From: Eledone cirrhosa
Lineage: Eukaryota
NCBI GenBank assembly: GCA_964016885.1
Contig: OZ024762.1
Coordinates: 1,550,001-1,614,000 of the forward strand
Length of the DNA stretch: 64,000 nt
Direction: 5' to 3'
Shown: one piece after another, positions 14,864 through 29,460 of the stretch
How positions within the stretch are numbered: the stretch's first letter is position 1
Layout of the letters: each line of letters opens with the position of its first letter
Notes under the pieces: model-generated
What the model saw: only the letters and a program-made list of their open reading frames with translations
Told to the model about the DNA's origin: nothing
Databases searched by the model: none
Translations under genes and position numbers: made by a program

Positions 14864-15670
14864 ATATATATATACATGCATGCACATACATATATATATA
14901 TACATATACATGTATACTTGCATGCATATATATATACTGACACACTATATATATGGAAGGGGTTAGGCCTCCACCACAGACTTTGGTAGGGTGAAAGGAA
15001 GGAAGTACCAACTAGAGGATTACATGACACAGGGCCACCAATTTGAAGGGAAGAAGAAAGTTGATTAAATCGATCCCAATCTATTACTGGTACTTTATTT
15101 TATCAACCCCCACCCCGTAAGGATGAAAAGCAAAGATAGCATCTGTGAGATTTGAACTCTATACGCCACAAAGCATGTTGTCCGATGCTCTATCGATTCT
15201 TCTGCCAACCACCATAGTAATGATTTCTACTTTAGGCACAAAATCGACCCAATTGTCTTACTGGTACTTTGTTTAATCGGCCCCGTTGATTTCTACTATA
15301 GACACAAGGCCAAAATCGACGCCACCCGTAAGGACGACAGGCAAAGTTAACCTCGGCGGGATTTGAACTCAGTGTAAAGGGCCGTAACTCTTTGCCGTAA
15401 AGCATGTTGTCCGATGATTTCTCGATTCTACGGCCATAATAATAATAATAATGGTTTCTGATTGAGGCACAAGGCCAGCAATTTTGGGGCGAGAGGGGAA
15501 TGTCGATTAAATCGACCCCAGTGTGTTACTGGTACTTTATTTTGTCGACCTTAAATGGATGAAAGGCAAAGTTAACCTCGGTGGGAATTGAACTCAGAAT
15601 GTCAAGGGACGTAACTCTTTACAGCAAAGCATGTCCGATGCTCTCCCGATTTCACTGCCAATCCACAAAC
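14667..15670. mobile_element. Cluster of tRNA-derived SINE copies in both orientations
   Basis: B-box GAGTTCAAATCC followed by GCCTTTCATCCTTACGGGGTCGATAAAATAAAGTACCAG, with tail GCTGGCCTTGTGCCTAAAGTAGAAACAATTATT. Confidence 0.85.
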
Positions 15671-16644
15671 AGTAAATAAATATAAGAGGCTGCAGCTGGT
15701 GGTTTGTTTATTGTCTACTTACACAGGTAGAGAGATAGAGAGAGAGTGGGGGGGGGGCATAGAGATAGATAGATAGAGAGAGAGTGGGGAGGGGGACATA
15801 GAGAGATAGATAGATAGAGAGAGAGAGAGTGGGGGGGGACATAGAGAGATAGATATATTTCTTTATTAGCCACAGGGGCACAAAAGAAGGGGACAAATAC
15901 AAAGGGGGAAGTTTACATACAATAAAAACGTGTAAAATGTTATCACAGAGAGATAGATAGATAGAGAGAGAGAGATAGATAGAGTGTGGGGGGAGCTAGA
16001 GAGAGAGAGAGTGAGATAAATAGATAGAGAGTGGGGGGAGAGAGATAAATAGATAGATAGATAGAGAGAGAGAGAGTGGGGGGGGGGGATAGAGAGAGAG
16101 AGAAAAGTGTTAACAATAACAACAATAACATCAACAGTAACGACAATAACATTAATTGTAACATCAACAACAGTAAAAATATCAACAACGTCAATGGTCG
16201 TGTTGTTGTTATTGTTGTTGTTGTTATTGTTGTTGATGGTGTTGTTGTTGTTGATGTTATTGTTGTTGTTGTTATTGTTGTTGATGGTGTTGTTGTTGTT
16301 GATGTTATTGCTGTTGATGGTGGTGTTGTTGTTGTTGTTACTGTTGGTGGTGTTGTTGTTGTTGTTAATGCTGTTGATGGTGTTGTTGTTATTGTTGGTG
16401 GTGGTGGTGTTGTTGTTGGTGGTGGTGTTGATGGTGTTATTGTTGTTAATGCTGTTGTTGTTGTTGTTGTTATTGCTGTTGATGGTGGTGTTGTTGTTGG
16501 TGGTGGTGGTGTTGTTGTTGGTGGTGGTGGTGGTGTTAGTGTTGTTGTTATTGTTTTGGATGGTGGAGGAGTCGAGGGGGAATAAGTAGACGAGAAGTGT
16601 TTTTGTTTGATTTAAAGTATATAGTGGGTGTTAGTTAGTAAAGC

Positions 16645-16694
<50 letters not shown>

Positions 16695-16831
16695 TAAAGA
16701 GAGAGACTGCGAGAGTCGGACACATTTTCGTACAGAATCAAAACAACAACAATGATGGCTGCCGTCGTGGTGCTCTTGTTTGGTGACGTAGGCTCACGTG
16801 ACTGACCCTCACTTAGATCACGCCCATATAA

Positions 16832-16862
<31 letters not shown>

Positions 16863-17275
16863 TGTAGGAGGTGAGTTTTATTGTAGTACAATAAAGCAAT
16901 GCAGATATCGGATAAGTAGCACTCTACAATTTGTAGGACTGGAATATAAATAATATATAAGATCAAAAGATGGTTAAAAGAGTTCCATGTATTTTATTAT
17001 GCGCATTTCAAAAACAAACATCATCATGCAATAATATTTGTGTTTTCATCAGATAAAATAGGAAGACATGAAGGTTAGAAAACACTTGTGAATAGTGCAG
17101 CTTTAAATCAACATATCATTGCATGATGGTGTTTGTTTTTAAAATGCGCATAATAAAATACATGGAACTCTTTTAACCATATATATTATGTATACTCCAG
17201 TCCTACAAACTGTAGAGTGCTACTTATCCGATATCTGCATTGCTTTATTGTACTACAATAAAACTCACCTCCTAC

Positions 17276-17276
<1 letters not shown>
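16863..17276. mobile_element. Foldback element/MITE with ~175-bp terminal inverted repeats in (TA)n
   Basis: TGTAGGAGGTGAGTTTTATTGTAG... at the left end is the reverse complement of ...CTACAATAAAACTCACCTCCTACA at the right end. Arms ~16863-17040 and ~17110-17276. Confidence 0.85.
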
Positions 17277-17333
<57 letters not shown>

Positions 17334-17867
17334 CATATATCTATATATATTTACATATATATATATATTTACATATATAATAAGTTGACGGAACTAGCAT
17401 GGGTTTCACTGCTATGACCGGTTGCATCTCATATTTACACACACACGCATATATATATATATATATATATATAAATATATATATATTTACAGGGTGTCCC
17501 ATAAAATGAAATACACTCTATTTCAATAAATTAATGAAGAATTTTGAGAGATTTACTAAAAGTATTGATTATATCATTACTAGGATAATAACTTAATGTA
17601 AGGTTCTTATATAAAATTATTGTGAAAGATTTTAATTTAAATTGGAAACCTTTAAAATGGGTGACTTTATTGCCACCTTAATTCTACAAAAAACGAAAAA
17701 AACAGACAGGTTAAAGACAAACTTAAATACATATATACATATATTGTTATATTTTGGTAGAGTCATGCTGCCAATAAGAAACACGCACACCTGTTGGTTT
17801 TACTTCAATTTATTAAAAATTTCTGGTTGGTTGGTTGGTTCAATAACGGGAAGGTTGGTTAGTTATT

Positions 17868-17910
17868 GTCAAAGCTCTTTCGTCACACATTCTGTGACCT
17901 CCTCAGTGAC
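17868..17910 (-). ncRNA. Minimal type I hammerhead ribozyme motif (Penelope-type)
   Basis: GUCA CUGAGGA G GUCACA-GAAUG-UGUGAC GAAA GAGC UU^UGAC: 4-bp stem I, 6-bp stem II, 2-bp stem III. Confidence 0.65.
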
Positions 17911-18422
17911 TGTTTTCTTTTTTTGTGTCTCTCCTTTATCAGAGGGAGTCAGCCTAGTTCCATATTTCCATACTGTTTCACTGAAGCTCCCCAGTTCCAT
18001 AGCGTGGTACCCTAGCTCCCCAGTTCCAAACTGTGCCACCCTAGCTCCGCAGTGTCATAGTGCGGCACCCTAGCCATATTCTCCCACAATATCTCCCCAG
18101 TGCCAGACTGACATCCTAGTTCCATATTGGTGGAAGACAGAAAGAAGCAAAGAAGAAAAATTGGAAAGAGAGAGAGAGAAATAGAAGGAAATAGAGAGAT
18201 TAAATGAGTGAGAGAGATAGAGAGACAGGCTGAAGAGAGAAGAAGATAGAAAAGTGCATGCTGGTGTTGCTATGTGTGTGTGTGTGTGTGTGTATAAAGG
18301 TGATTCACCTAGTGAATGAGTGGGGAAATGAGTCAAAGAGAGAGAAAGGTAGAGAGAGGGTGAAGAGAGAGGAAGAGACTATAAAACAAAGTGAGGGGGT
18401 ATTAAAGGAGCGCGTCTGTGAA

Positions 18423-18459
<37 letters not shown>

Positions 18460-18708
18460 CAGAAACAGGATTAAAGGAGGAGAACGAGAGTTAAATGTAG
18501 AAAGATAGATAGATAAATAGAGAGAGAGAAAGTATGTTAAAGGTAGAGAGAGAGAGACTCAAAGGTAGGAAGAAAAAGAGAAAGAGAGATAGGAGATAGA
18601 CATAATTAAAGGTTAGGAGAGAGAGAGAGATATAGAGTTACAGGTTTAGAGAGGGAGAGGGAGAGTTACAGGTTGAGAGAGATGGAGGGAGAGACAGAGT
18701 TACAAGTT

Positions 18709-18739
<31 letters not shown>

Positions 18740-19304
18740 TTACAGGTTGAGAGAGAGAGGGACAGACAGAGTTACAGGTTGAGAGAGAGACAGAGTTACA
18801 GGTTGAGAGAGAGAGTGGGAGAGACAGAGTTACAGGTTGAGAGAGAGAGGGAGAGACAGAGAGAGCATCTTAGATGAATATAGACAAGAAATAGTGACGA
18901 GGCACACAAATACAAATTGTGTGACGCACACACAAAAAAAATGAGTGAGTGTGGCAAAGGGAAGTAACCGAGGCTAGTGGTAGTGGTAAGAGGAGCTGTT
19001 AAAGGGAGAGACTATAGCGAGTGCAGCTATATCAGCTGTTGTATGTAAACAAAACCACATGACACATGTCAGCTGAGTAGATGACAGAGTTAACTGTCTT
19101 ATACATTACTTTACACAGTACAGTATATGTATATATAGAGACGTATATATATATATAACGAAGGAAGTGTGGTAAGGAACCAGGTGGACCATAGCACACC
19201 AGAGTACTCGATACTTAAGTAGTAGAAAAGTGTCAGGACCCCGACGGCAGAGTTCAAAGCTGTCGAAACGGTTTGAGCTCTGCCATCGGGGTGCTGACTA
19301 TTTT

Positions 19305-19372
<68 letters not shown>

Positions 19373-19599
19373 TAAGAGATTAAAGTTTAAGCAAAGAATC
19401 GTTGCTTTCACCCTTAACGGGATCTTCTTCGGATTTTAGTCTTCCCATGTATTATTATTACTATATATATATATATGTGTGTGTGTGTGTTTGTGTGTAA
19501 TAGTAATAAACGAAAGATATATACTTTATATCATCTCTATTTATTTCATTATATATATTTCGAAGATAAACGTTACCAAAAATGTTATATATTCATTCA

Positions 19600-19930
19600 T
19601 TCATTTCATTTCACTTTACGTCCGCTTTTCCCTGCTTGCAAGGGTGGGACGGGAACTGATTCTGGCTTGATTTCTACAGCTGGATGCCCTTCCTAACACC
19701 AACCTCATTTACAGTGAGTGCTGGGTGCTTTTTTGCCGTGGCACCTCCACGGCCACTTTTCAGTGGAATGATAGGGACCCCAGTCCCTATCATCTCATTT
19801 CTACAGCTGAGTAAACTGGAGCAATGTGAAATAAAGTGTCTTGCTCAAGGAAACAACACATCACCCGGTCTGAGAATTGAACTCGCAACCTTTTGATTGC
19901 AAGGCCAATGCTCTAACCACTAAGCCATGT
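19600..19930 (-). mobile_element. Second tRNA-derived SINE family (near-identical partial copy 21680-21930; fragments ~38000, 44030, 44700, 62140, 63090, 63520)
   Basis: - strand head TGGCTTAGTGGTTAGAGC...GAGTTCAATTC (A and B boxes), followed by TTGAGCAAGACACTTTATTTCAC and tail GTTAGGAAGGGCATCCAGCTGTAGAAA. Confidence 0.8.
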
Positions 19931-20220
19931 GCCTCCATAGATGGATGTGTACTGTGAATGTGTGTGAACGACCAAGCATAGACGAGTTGAGAGTGAAACT
20001 GTGTATAAGAGAGATAAACTGTAGTGTGTGGGAGAGAAGACTGCGTTGGTATGGACATGTGATGTACATGGAGGATGACCGATGGGTAAAGAAGTGCCAA
20101 GAAATCCTAGTAGAAGGAAGACACAGTAGAGGAAGACCACGAAAAAGATGGGCAGAGGTGGTGAGAGCAGACTTCAGATCGCTGAAGCTGACGGAGGAGA
20201 TGACGAGGGATTGTGATGAA
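19925..20220 (+). mobile_element. RTE-clade LINE 3' remnant (another at ~21145-21385)
   Basis: Translates ERRLRWYGHVM...EGRHSRGRPRKRW, the typical RTE ORF C-terminal motif. Confidence 0.85.
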
Positions 20221-22763
20221 TCCTCAGTTCTGGAGCCGGCTGCATTATCCAGAACCAGAAGTGATGGAAAGAGAGCAGACAGTCTTAACCTTAGTCCCCT
20301 GGGGTAAGAGGCAGATATCTCATCTGTGACACCACAGTCAGTGACTCTTTTGCTCCCTCCCACATCATGGATGCCGCAGTAAATGTGAGAGGGTCACAGC
20401 TTCTGTAGCTGAATGGAATCAATTTTTTCCAGCCTCTTTCATTCGAAACATTTTGGTGGAGTCGGGCTGCTGACAGCGAAGTTCTTGTCATAGTTGGTGG
20501 CTTGTCTCACCGAAGTGTCAGCTGATGTTCCTAATGAGGGTGCTTGGTTGTTTCAATGTCTTAGACTCACCATCACCCACCGTAATACTCCCAGTATGTT
20601 GGCTTGCCTTGAAAATGTCTGTTGACTTTTGTGGTGTGGGACTGATTGAACCACTTGGGGGGAACTGATGTTTTGTTTCTTGCTTTGAAAGAGAGGGAAA
20701 GATAGGGAGAAACAGAGAGAGAGAGAGAGATAGAGAGGGAGTGATAGAGAGGGAGGGGGAGGCCTGGCAATGTGGTGAACATTAAGCAAACATTTTTCTT
20801 TTGGAAAAAAGGTAATACACAAATATATTGTTTTAATTATATCACACACACATACACACATATATATACATACATATATATATATATACATACATACATA
20901 TATATATATACATACATACATATATATATATATATACAGACATTCAATGAATACGTAGTATAATAGATGTATAGATATTGTACAATCCAATTCGCATTGG
21001 TTGTTATATACAGACACATACATACACACACATAATACATACATACTCACATACATACATATATACATACACATATATATATACAGACACATACATGCAC
21101 ACATACCCACACATACACAGATACACCGATACACACACATACACACTGTGTTGGTAAGGACTAGTGATGCACATGAACAACAACTGATGGGTGAAGAAAT
21201 GCCAGGAAATCCCAGTGGAAGGAAGCTGCAGTAGAGGAAGACCAAGAAAGACCTGGGTAGAGGTGGTGAGGGCTGACCTCAAATTGCTAAGACTTGCAGA
21301 GGAGATGATGAAAGAACATGACAAGTGGAGAGATGCTGAGTAGGACCAGTCCAACCCATGCAAGCATGGAAAAGTGGACGTAAAAAATATTTTCACACTG
21401 CAACGGAATCATTCTGTCAATACGATAACAGAACTCTGTCGAGCTTTTGATTCCAAAGTTAGGCCCGATCGATACAGATCAAACCTTGAGCTGATCAATA
21501 GCAAAACGCACATCACCAATCAATAAACGTAATGAAGGCTTAAATTAACCTTGTATTATGATATCACACTCTGTTTAGCTCTACACCTCGCTACAGACGT
21601 GAAACTAAACATCGAGAGTTCACCTGGGTGAACCTACAGTAACTTCCCGTTACACTCCCTGGATATATATCATCATCATCATCATTTCATTTTACGTCTG
21701 CTTTTCCCTGCTTGCAAGGGTGAGACGGGAACTGATTCTGGCTTGGTTTCTACAGCTGGATGCCCTTCCTAACACCAACCTCATTTACAGTGAGTGCTGG
21801 GTGCTTTTTGCCGTGGCACCTCCACGACCACTTTGCAGTGGAATGATAGGGACCCCAGTCCCTATCATCTCATTTCTACAGCTGAGTAAACTGGAGCAAT
21901 GTGAAATAAAGTGTCTTGCTCAAGGAAACAACAAGACACTTTATATATATATATATATATATTATATGTACAGATTAAAGTTTAAATAAATATTTGCTCT
22001 ACGGTTTTATATATATATATGTTATATACATATATAATGCTTATCAAGCCCTCTTCGGATTTCAGTCTTCACATTTATTATTACTATATATATATACAAC
22101 AAAGAAAGTGTGGTAAGGAACCAGGTGGACCATAACCCACCAGAGTACTCGATATTTAGGGTAATTCAGTGGGCAATAGGAAAAGAGTCAGGACCCCGAC
22201 AGCTGAGCTCGGGCCGTTTTAATAGCTAGACCCAAACTTGGATCTAGCTGTCGAAACAGCCGGAGCTCAGCTGTCGGGGACCTGACTCTTTTCCTATATA
22301 ATATATATATATATATATATATAAGAGAATTTGCTTCGAAATCACTAGACGTATCTGAGGAACTTCCAAATCCAGAGTCAGGTTCGATCCACAAACAGAT
22401 CCCACCTCAAGCTGTTTGTGGAGAAACAATTGTAATACGTAATAAATTGAGTTCCGATGCATCACTGATTCTTCGTTTTCCATATTATTATACTCTGCAC
22501 TGAAGGAGCATAGAGTGCTCAACCGTTATAGCGCCTATGGATGCATCCTAGCAACCTTACTACAAATATATATGTAATAGGTTAGCTAACACTACTAAAA
22601 TATATTATAGAGAAGCTAACAAAGAAACGACTTAAATACTTCCTTTCAGCTTTTGTTGTTCTACAGACATTTGATTGGGGGTGGGGGGGACTGTTACATA
22701 AATATATCCTCTCATTATTTATGTCATACATATATATATATATATACACACATATATATACAC

Positions 22764-22794
<31 letters not shown>

Positions 22795-22839
22795 TATACA
22801 CATATATATGTTTGTATTATTTATACTTACATGTATGTT

Positions 22840-22883
<44 letters not shown>

Positions 22884-22886
22884 TAT

Positions 22887-22968
<82 letters not shown>

Positions 22969-23231
22969 ATGTGTATATATATATATGTATATACATATAT
23001 ATATATATATATATGAGTATATATATATATTTATATATATACATATATATAAATATGCAAGCAGGGAAAAGCGGCCATAAAAGGATGATGATGATGATAA
23101 ACATATATATAAATATATATATATATCACCATCATCATCATCATTGTTTAACAGGCAGTCTTCCATGCTAAAATGGGTGTATATATACAGGGAAGTGTGT
23201 GTATATATTTGTGTGTGTGTGTGTGTGTGTA

Positions 23232-23268
<37 letters not shown>

Positions 23269-24007
23269 GGAAAGGGAATGAGAGGATGTGGGCGTGTTTT
23301 AACCCCCCCCCCCGTCCATCTTTGAAAAAAGAAAAACCTGTATAAACTGGGTCAATATACCAACTGTGGAGGGGCTGACTATAGAAATAACAGGACTACA
23401 TATATATACACACACACACACACATACACACATACATACACACACATACACACACACACACATTCACACACACACACATACACATACATATATATATATA
23501 TTATATATATATATGTATATGTATACATACATGCACGCGTATATTTATAACACACATATATACATATACACATACATGCACATGCATATTTATAGAAACA
23601 CACACACAGATACATCAATCATAAACATATACACACATGGACAGACACGCATCACACACATATATCCATTCATTCATTCACAACACACACAAACCAATAC
23701 ACATACACACATACATACAAACACACACACCCCGACATACATACACACACTCTCATATACACACACATACATAGGAAAACACTACCACAAAAGTGGGTCG
23801 TGTAAAATTCCTCTCGTTTATATTTACCAAACCTACAACTTTCAGACCTGGGTTGTTACATAAACACAAGTTTTTAATAATATTTTAGTTGCTAGCTTTC
23901 ACTTTTTTTTCTCGTTTGTTAAATTACAAAAAGGATTTCTTTTCAAACCCCTTTTCTCACAAAACTTCCTGGAATTTCCCAGGTTCTATCATAGCAAGAT
24001 GTTTGTT

Positions 24008-24847
24008 TTAACACTTTAGCATTTACATTACTCTATATTTACTATTATATTTTCACAGTAAAGGCTTTACCTCACATAATATCTCACATAACATTTACAT
24101 TACTCTATATTTACTATTATATTTTCACAGTAAAGGCTTTACCTCACATAATATCTCACATAACATTTACATTACTCTATATTTACTATTATATTTTCAC
24201 AGTAAAGGCTTTACCTCACATAATATCTCACATAACATTTACATTACTCTATATTTACTATTATATTTTCACAGTAAAGGCTTTACCTCACATAATATCT
24301 CACATAACATTTACATTACTCTACATATACTATTGTATTTTCACAGTAAAGGCTTTACCTCACATAACATTTACATTACTCTATATATACTATTGTATTT
24401 TCACAGTAAAGGCTTTACCTCACATAATATCTCACATAACATTTCCATTACTCTACATATACTATTGTATTTTCACTGTAAAGGCTTTACCTCACATAAT
24501 ATCTCACATAACATTTTCAATGCTCTATATATACTATTGTATTTTCACAGTAAAGGCTTTACCTCACATAATATCTCACATAACATTTTCAATACTCTAT
24601 ATATACTATTGTATTTTCACAGTAAAGGCTTTACCTCACATAATATCTCACATAACATTTACATTACTCTACTATACTATTGTATTTTCACAGTAAAGGC
24701 TTTACCTCACATAATATCTCACATAACATTTACATTACTCTACATATACTATTGTATTTTCACAGTAAAGGCTTTACCTCACATAATATCTCACATAACA
24801 TTTTCAATACTCTATATATAGTATTGTATTTTCACAGTAAAGGCTTT
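24008..24847 (+). repeat. 72-bp minisatellite (~11 units) starting at a TTAA-MITE end
   Basis: Unit ACATTTACATTACTCTATATATACTATTGTATTTTCACAGTAAAGGCTTTACCTCACATAATATCTCACATA. Confidence 0.93.
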
Positions 24848-25925
24848 AGTGAGAAAGTTATCTGGCAAAAGAACGAGTCATACCTGAAGTTGAAAGGGCC
24901 AGCCTTGTCATATAATGTGTCATGCAAAAGGGTACACATGTCTATGGAATGCTCAGCCACTTGCACATTAAGTAGGCTACCTGATGAAGGTCCAACACAG
25001 AAGTACTTGAATCGAATCTGTTACCCCCATTCCCTACCAACATTCCTGCAGACGTTGATTCATGTTGCCATCACTTGGAAAACTGTTGATGCTGGTGTTG
25101 CTGTAGAAGTTGATCTTGTTTTAAAAGGCAGTGATCAAGCATGTCTAGCTGAAAAGAAAAAAAAATTGTTTCATATATATAGAGCATGTATGTATGCATA
25201 TGCATGTGTATGTGGAGAGTGTGTTATTTGTTCATACGAACTTAAGAGGACATGTGTGTATATGTAAGTTTAAGAGAGTGTGTGTAAGTACAAAGCTGTG
25301 AGACTGTGTGCATATAAGGGTGTGTGTGTGTGTGTTAGTTGTTGATCCATACAGAACTGGGAAGATAAGTCTAGAGGTGTGTGTGTCTTTGATAGTGGTC
25401 TATATAAGCTGTAAGAGTGTATGTTTCTGACCGTAACAGAGCCATAGGAACCTAGAGGGGTTGAATATATGGCTGGGGTAGGGGTGACAGTGGCTAGGGG
25501 TATAGAAGTAAGTGTGAACATATGTACAAGATTAAAGAAACTGGGGAAGGGAATTGAGTCCATTAGGGAAACTGGACCCTAGGTGGAACATGAAACACTG
25601 CTCAGTTCTGGTGATCTGTGATGAAAAGGACACCAAGGATCATTAACACCATCATCACTGTTTAATGACCATTTTCCATATATATATCATCATCATATAT
25701 ATAAATATATATATCATCATCATATATATAAATATATATATCATCATCATCATGATATATATATATATATTATCTCATCAGTTTCACTGTTATATATACA
25801 AATATTATATAAATATATATTATATATGTATATATTATATATGTGTGTGTATATATATATATATATAAATATATGGGGGGGGCGTTGTTTATGTGTGTGT
25901 GTGTATATGTATGTGTATATGTATG

Positions 25926-25960
<35 letters not shown>

Positions 25961-26091
25961 TTATTTAAGTTTGTTGGTTCACCACTGGATAGAATTGGTC
26001 ATTCCGTAGGGTCAATCTTGACCATACAGACACCCATATATATGCCTTTGTTAAAATATGGGTTCTTTGGAATAACATTTTTCACGGCGTC

Positions 26092-26163
<72 letters not shown>

Positions 26164-26540
26164 GGCTTCTACAGGTCTAGAACTCTTTCATTCGGGAGAA
26201 ATCATCATCTGCTATGTATTGAGTACCTTACTGTGGTTACCCTCGATTGAACCCTGGGATAAACATATATATATATATGTGTGTATCCCAGGTTCAATCG
26301 GGGTAACCACAGTAAGTAAGGTACTCAATACATTAGTAGAGTGTATACAATGTTTAATACAGAAATACCTTCTACAGGACTGAAGATTTCCTTCCACTGA
26401 AACAGTTCTAGTCCTGTAGAAGCCATTTCTATATTTACCCACTGTTACTTTGTTTATTTCTTGGGGTCATTTCCTTTAATAAGAGCAATCTGAGACAACA
26501 ACATCCACTTATAATGATTGGTACTCACATATATAAACAT

Positions 26541-26615
<75 letters not shown>

Positions 26616-26894
26616 TGTATATACATATATATATATATATACATATATATACATATACATATATATATATACATATACATATATATATACATATATATAT
26701 ATATATACATATATATACATATACATATATATATATACATATATATATACATATATATATATATATACATATATATATACATATATATATATACATACAT
26801 ATATATATACATATATATATATACATACATATATATATACATATATATATATACATATATATACATATATATATATATATACATATATATATAC

Positions 26895-26926
<32 letters not shown>

Positions 26927-26931
26927 ATATA

Positions 26932-26978
<47 letters not shown>

Positions 26979-26999
26979 ATATATATATATATATGTATG

Positions 27000-27030
<31 letters not shown>

Positions 27031-27150
27031 ATATATGTATATATATACATATATATACATATATATAATATATACATATATATATACATATATATATACA
27101 TATATATATACATATATATATATACATATATATATACATATATATACTTG

Positions 27151-27181
<31 letters not shown>

Positions 27182-27182
27182 A

Positions 27183-27228
<46 letters not shown>

Positions 27229-27549
27229 TATATACTTGTGTATATATGTATATATATATATACATATACATACATATATATATATATATATATCAGCCCA
27301 CAGTTGCGACAGTAACACGTCCAGATTTTAAGGAGAGGACATCTCTCACTTAGGTTGACGTTCATCAACAAAACTAACGACAGCAACAACCACTTATACG
27401 AACACACACACATACAGATAGGCATACGCACACACACTCACGTACACACACACGCGCACGTACACACACACACTCACGTAAACACACATATGTAAATTAT
27501 TTTAATATTATTTTTGCATTGACAGAAATTATTGTTGTTATTGTTATTA

Positions 27550-28095
27550 TTATTATTATTATTATAGTACCAGTAATGCACTGGATATTTGCTGGCCTTG
27601 TGCCTAAAGTAGAAACAATTATTATTATTATTATTATTTGAAGGAATTGAGTGACATTCGGACCAGAAGCAAATCTTCTGGACGCAAAATGTGCTCATTT
27701 CAAAAATCTCCCCCTCTGAATGTCCTCGCTTCGTGCTAAGAGGGCCATCAGTTTATCGTTGGCCCTTCTGACTAGCACGAAGTTTTTAACATTTTGTTGG
27801 TGTCTTTCATCCTTACGTTCTGAGTTGATAAAATAATGTACCAGTAATGCACTAGGGTCGATTTAATCGACTTTCCCCTCCCCCAAAATTGCTGGCCTTG
27901 TGCCTAAATCAGAAACCATTATTATTATTATTGATCGGACGCCATACTTTCCAGCATAGTTACGTCCCTTTACGCTCTGAGTTCAAATCCCGCCAAGGTT
28001 AACTTTGCCTTTCATCCTTACGGGGTCGATAAAATAAAGTACCAGTAATACACCGGGGTAATTGCTGGCCTTGTGCCTAAAGTAGAAACAATTAT
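27550..28095 (+). mobile_element. tRNA-derived SINE copies (same family as at 14.7 kb)
   Basis: Same B-box, central domain and tail. Confidence 0.8.
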
Positions 28096-28199
28096 TATTA
28101 TTGGATGGTAGAGTATGGCTATATTATAAAAAGTCGGAGCCCGACAGCTGAGCTCCTGCTGTTTCAACAGCTGCTTCCAGACTCGTGTATATATGTCTG

Positions 28200-28500
28200 T
28201 ATAATATAATAATAATAATGAAATTATTGTGTACAGTGCTCAGGTGCACTACAACTCGTCAAAGGTGTATGTATAGTACATAGAATAATACACAAATGTC
28301 AGGGAAGTGAATTTGTGTATGAGTCTTGATATACATGTGTGTATGGAGGGGGAATATCAGGTGTAGTGTTGGCGGATCTTGGGAAGCATGGAGGTTTTAA
28401 AGGATGCAGTGTCTCGACAGCTAACGACTGATGCAGGTAGTTTGTTCCATGCTTCAGCAACTCTGAGCGTGAAAAAATGTTTCCGAAAGTCATGGGAACT
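28200..28500 (-). mobile_element. CR1/L2-like LINE 3' end (related tail ~37850-37985, +)
   Basis: - strand translates RKHFFTLRVAEAWNKLPASVVSCRDTASFK, followed by a 3' UTR and an (ATT)n tail. Confidence 0.75.
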
Positions 28501-28558
28501 GTACTGTTATATATGTGAATATATATATATGTAAGAAAGTACGTCCATAGAATATATG

Positions 28559-28590
<32 letters not shown>

Positions 28591-28744
28591 GTGTCCACCC
28601 AAAATGTATACACACTTCAACAGTATTCTAATAAATATTGCCCGTACAGGTAATCAAAGTGTGTATACATTTTCGGGGGAGACTCTGTATATATATATAT
28701 ATATATATATATTTCGTTTCTGATGACCCTCCCAAAGTATAACA

Positions 28745-28777
<33 letters not shown>

Positions 28778-29241
28778 TATATATATATATATAGAGAGAG
28801 AGAGGGGTAAAAATAATGTGTGCATCAAATTAAATAAAAAGGTTGCAACGTTCTGTTTTTTCCTGTGGTTCTGCTGGGAAACACATGAAGAGGGAGCTGT
28901 CATTCCTTAGTTCCAGTAGATAAGAATGTAAAGACTTTACCAACGGCAGAATGGCGACGACGTTGTGCAAGTGACGAGCTGTCAATATTTACCAAAAGAG
29001 AATTAAAATAAAATAAAAACTCGGTTTCCACGGGAGATAACTCTATTAGTTATACTATCAAAAGTAATTTCCCTTGGCAAATTTACCCGATCGCATTGTC
29101 GTGGGTTCGATTACTCGGCTGGGTTGTCTATTGTCTATTGTGTGTTTTGGTTTCTATTCTTGTTGTATTCTTGAGCAAAATACTTCATTTCACCTTGCTC
29201 CAGTATAATTAGCTGGTGTCATGTCCAGGAAGAATCTTGAA

Positions 29242-29301
<60 letters not shown>

Positions 29302-29395
29302 TGTAATAAACAACATAAGGCAATTATTTCATTTACCAGTGGTTTCTTAAAAGCAAAAAGATTTTGCTTTCAATCATCAGAATGAAAAAATCCTG

Positions 29396-29445
<50 letters not shown>

Positions 29446-29460
29446 ATATCATATATATAT

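Noticed and set aside
19860-19930. tRNA-like sequence on the - strand
   Set aside because: It has A and B boxes but no acceptor stem and continues into a SINE body, so it is a SINE head rather than a tRNA gene.
28930-29090. CpG-containing unique patch with AATGGCG and an X-box-like motif
   Set aside because: No associated ORF or splice donor; too weak to call a promoter.
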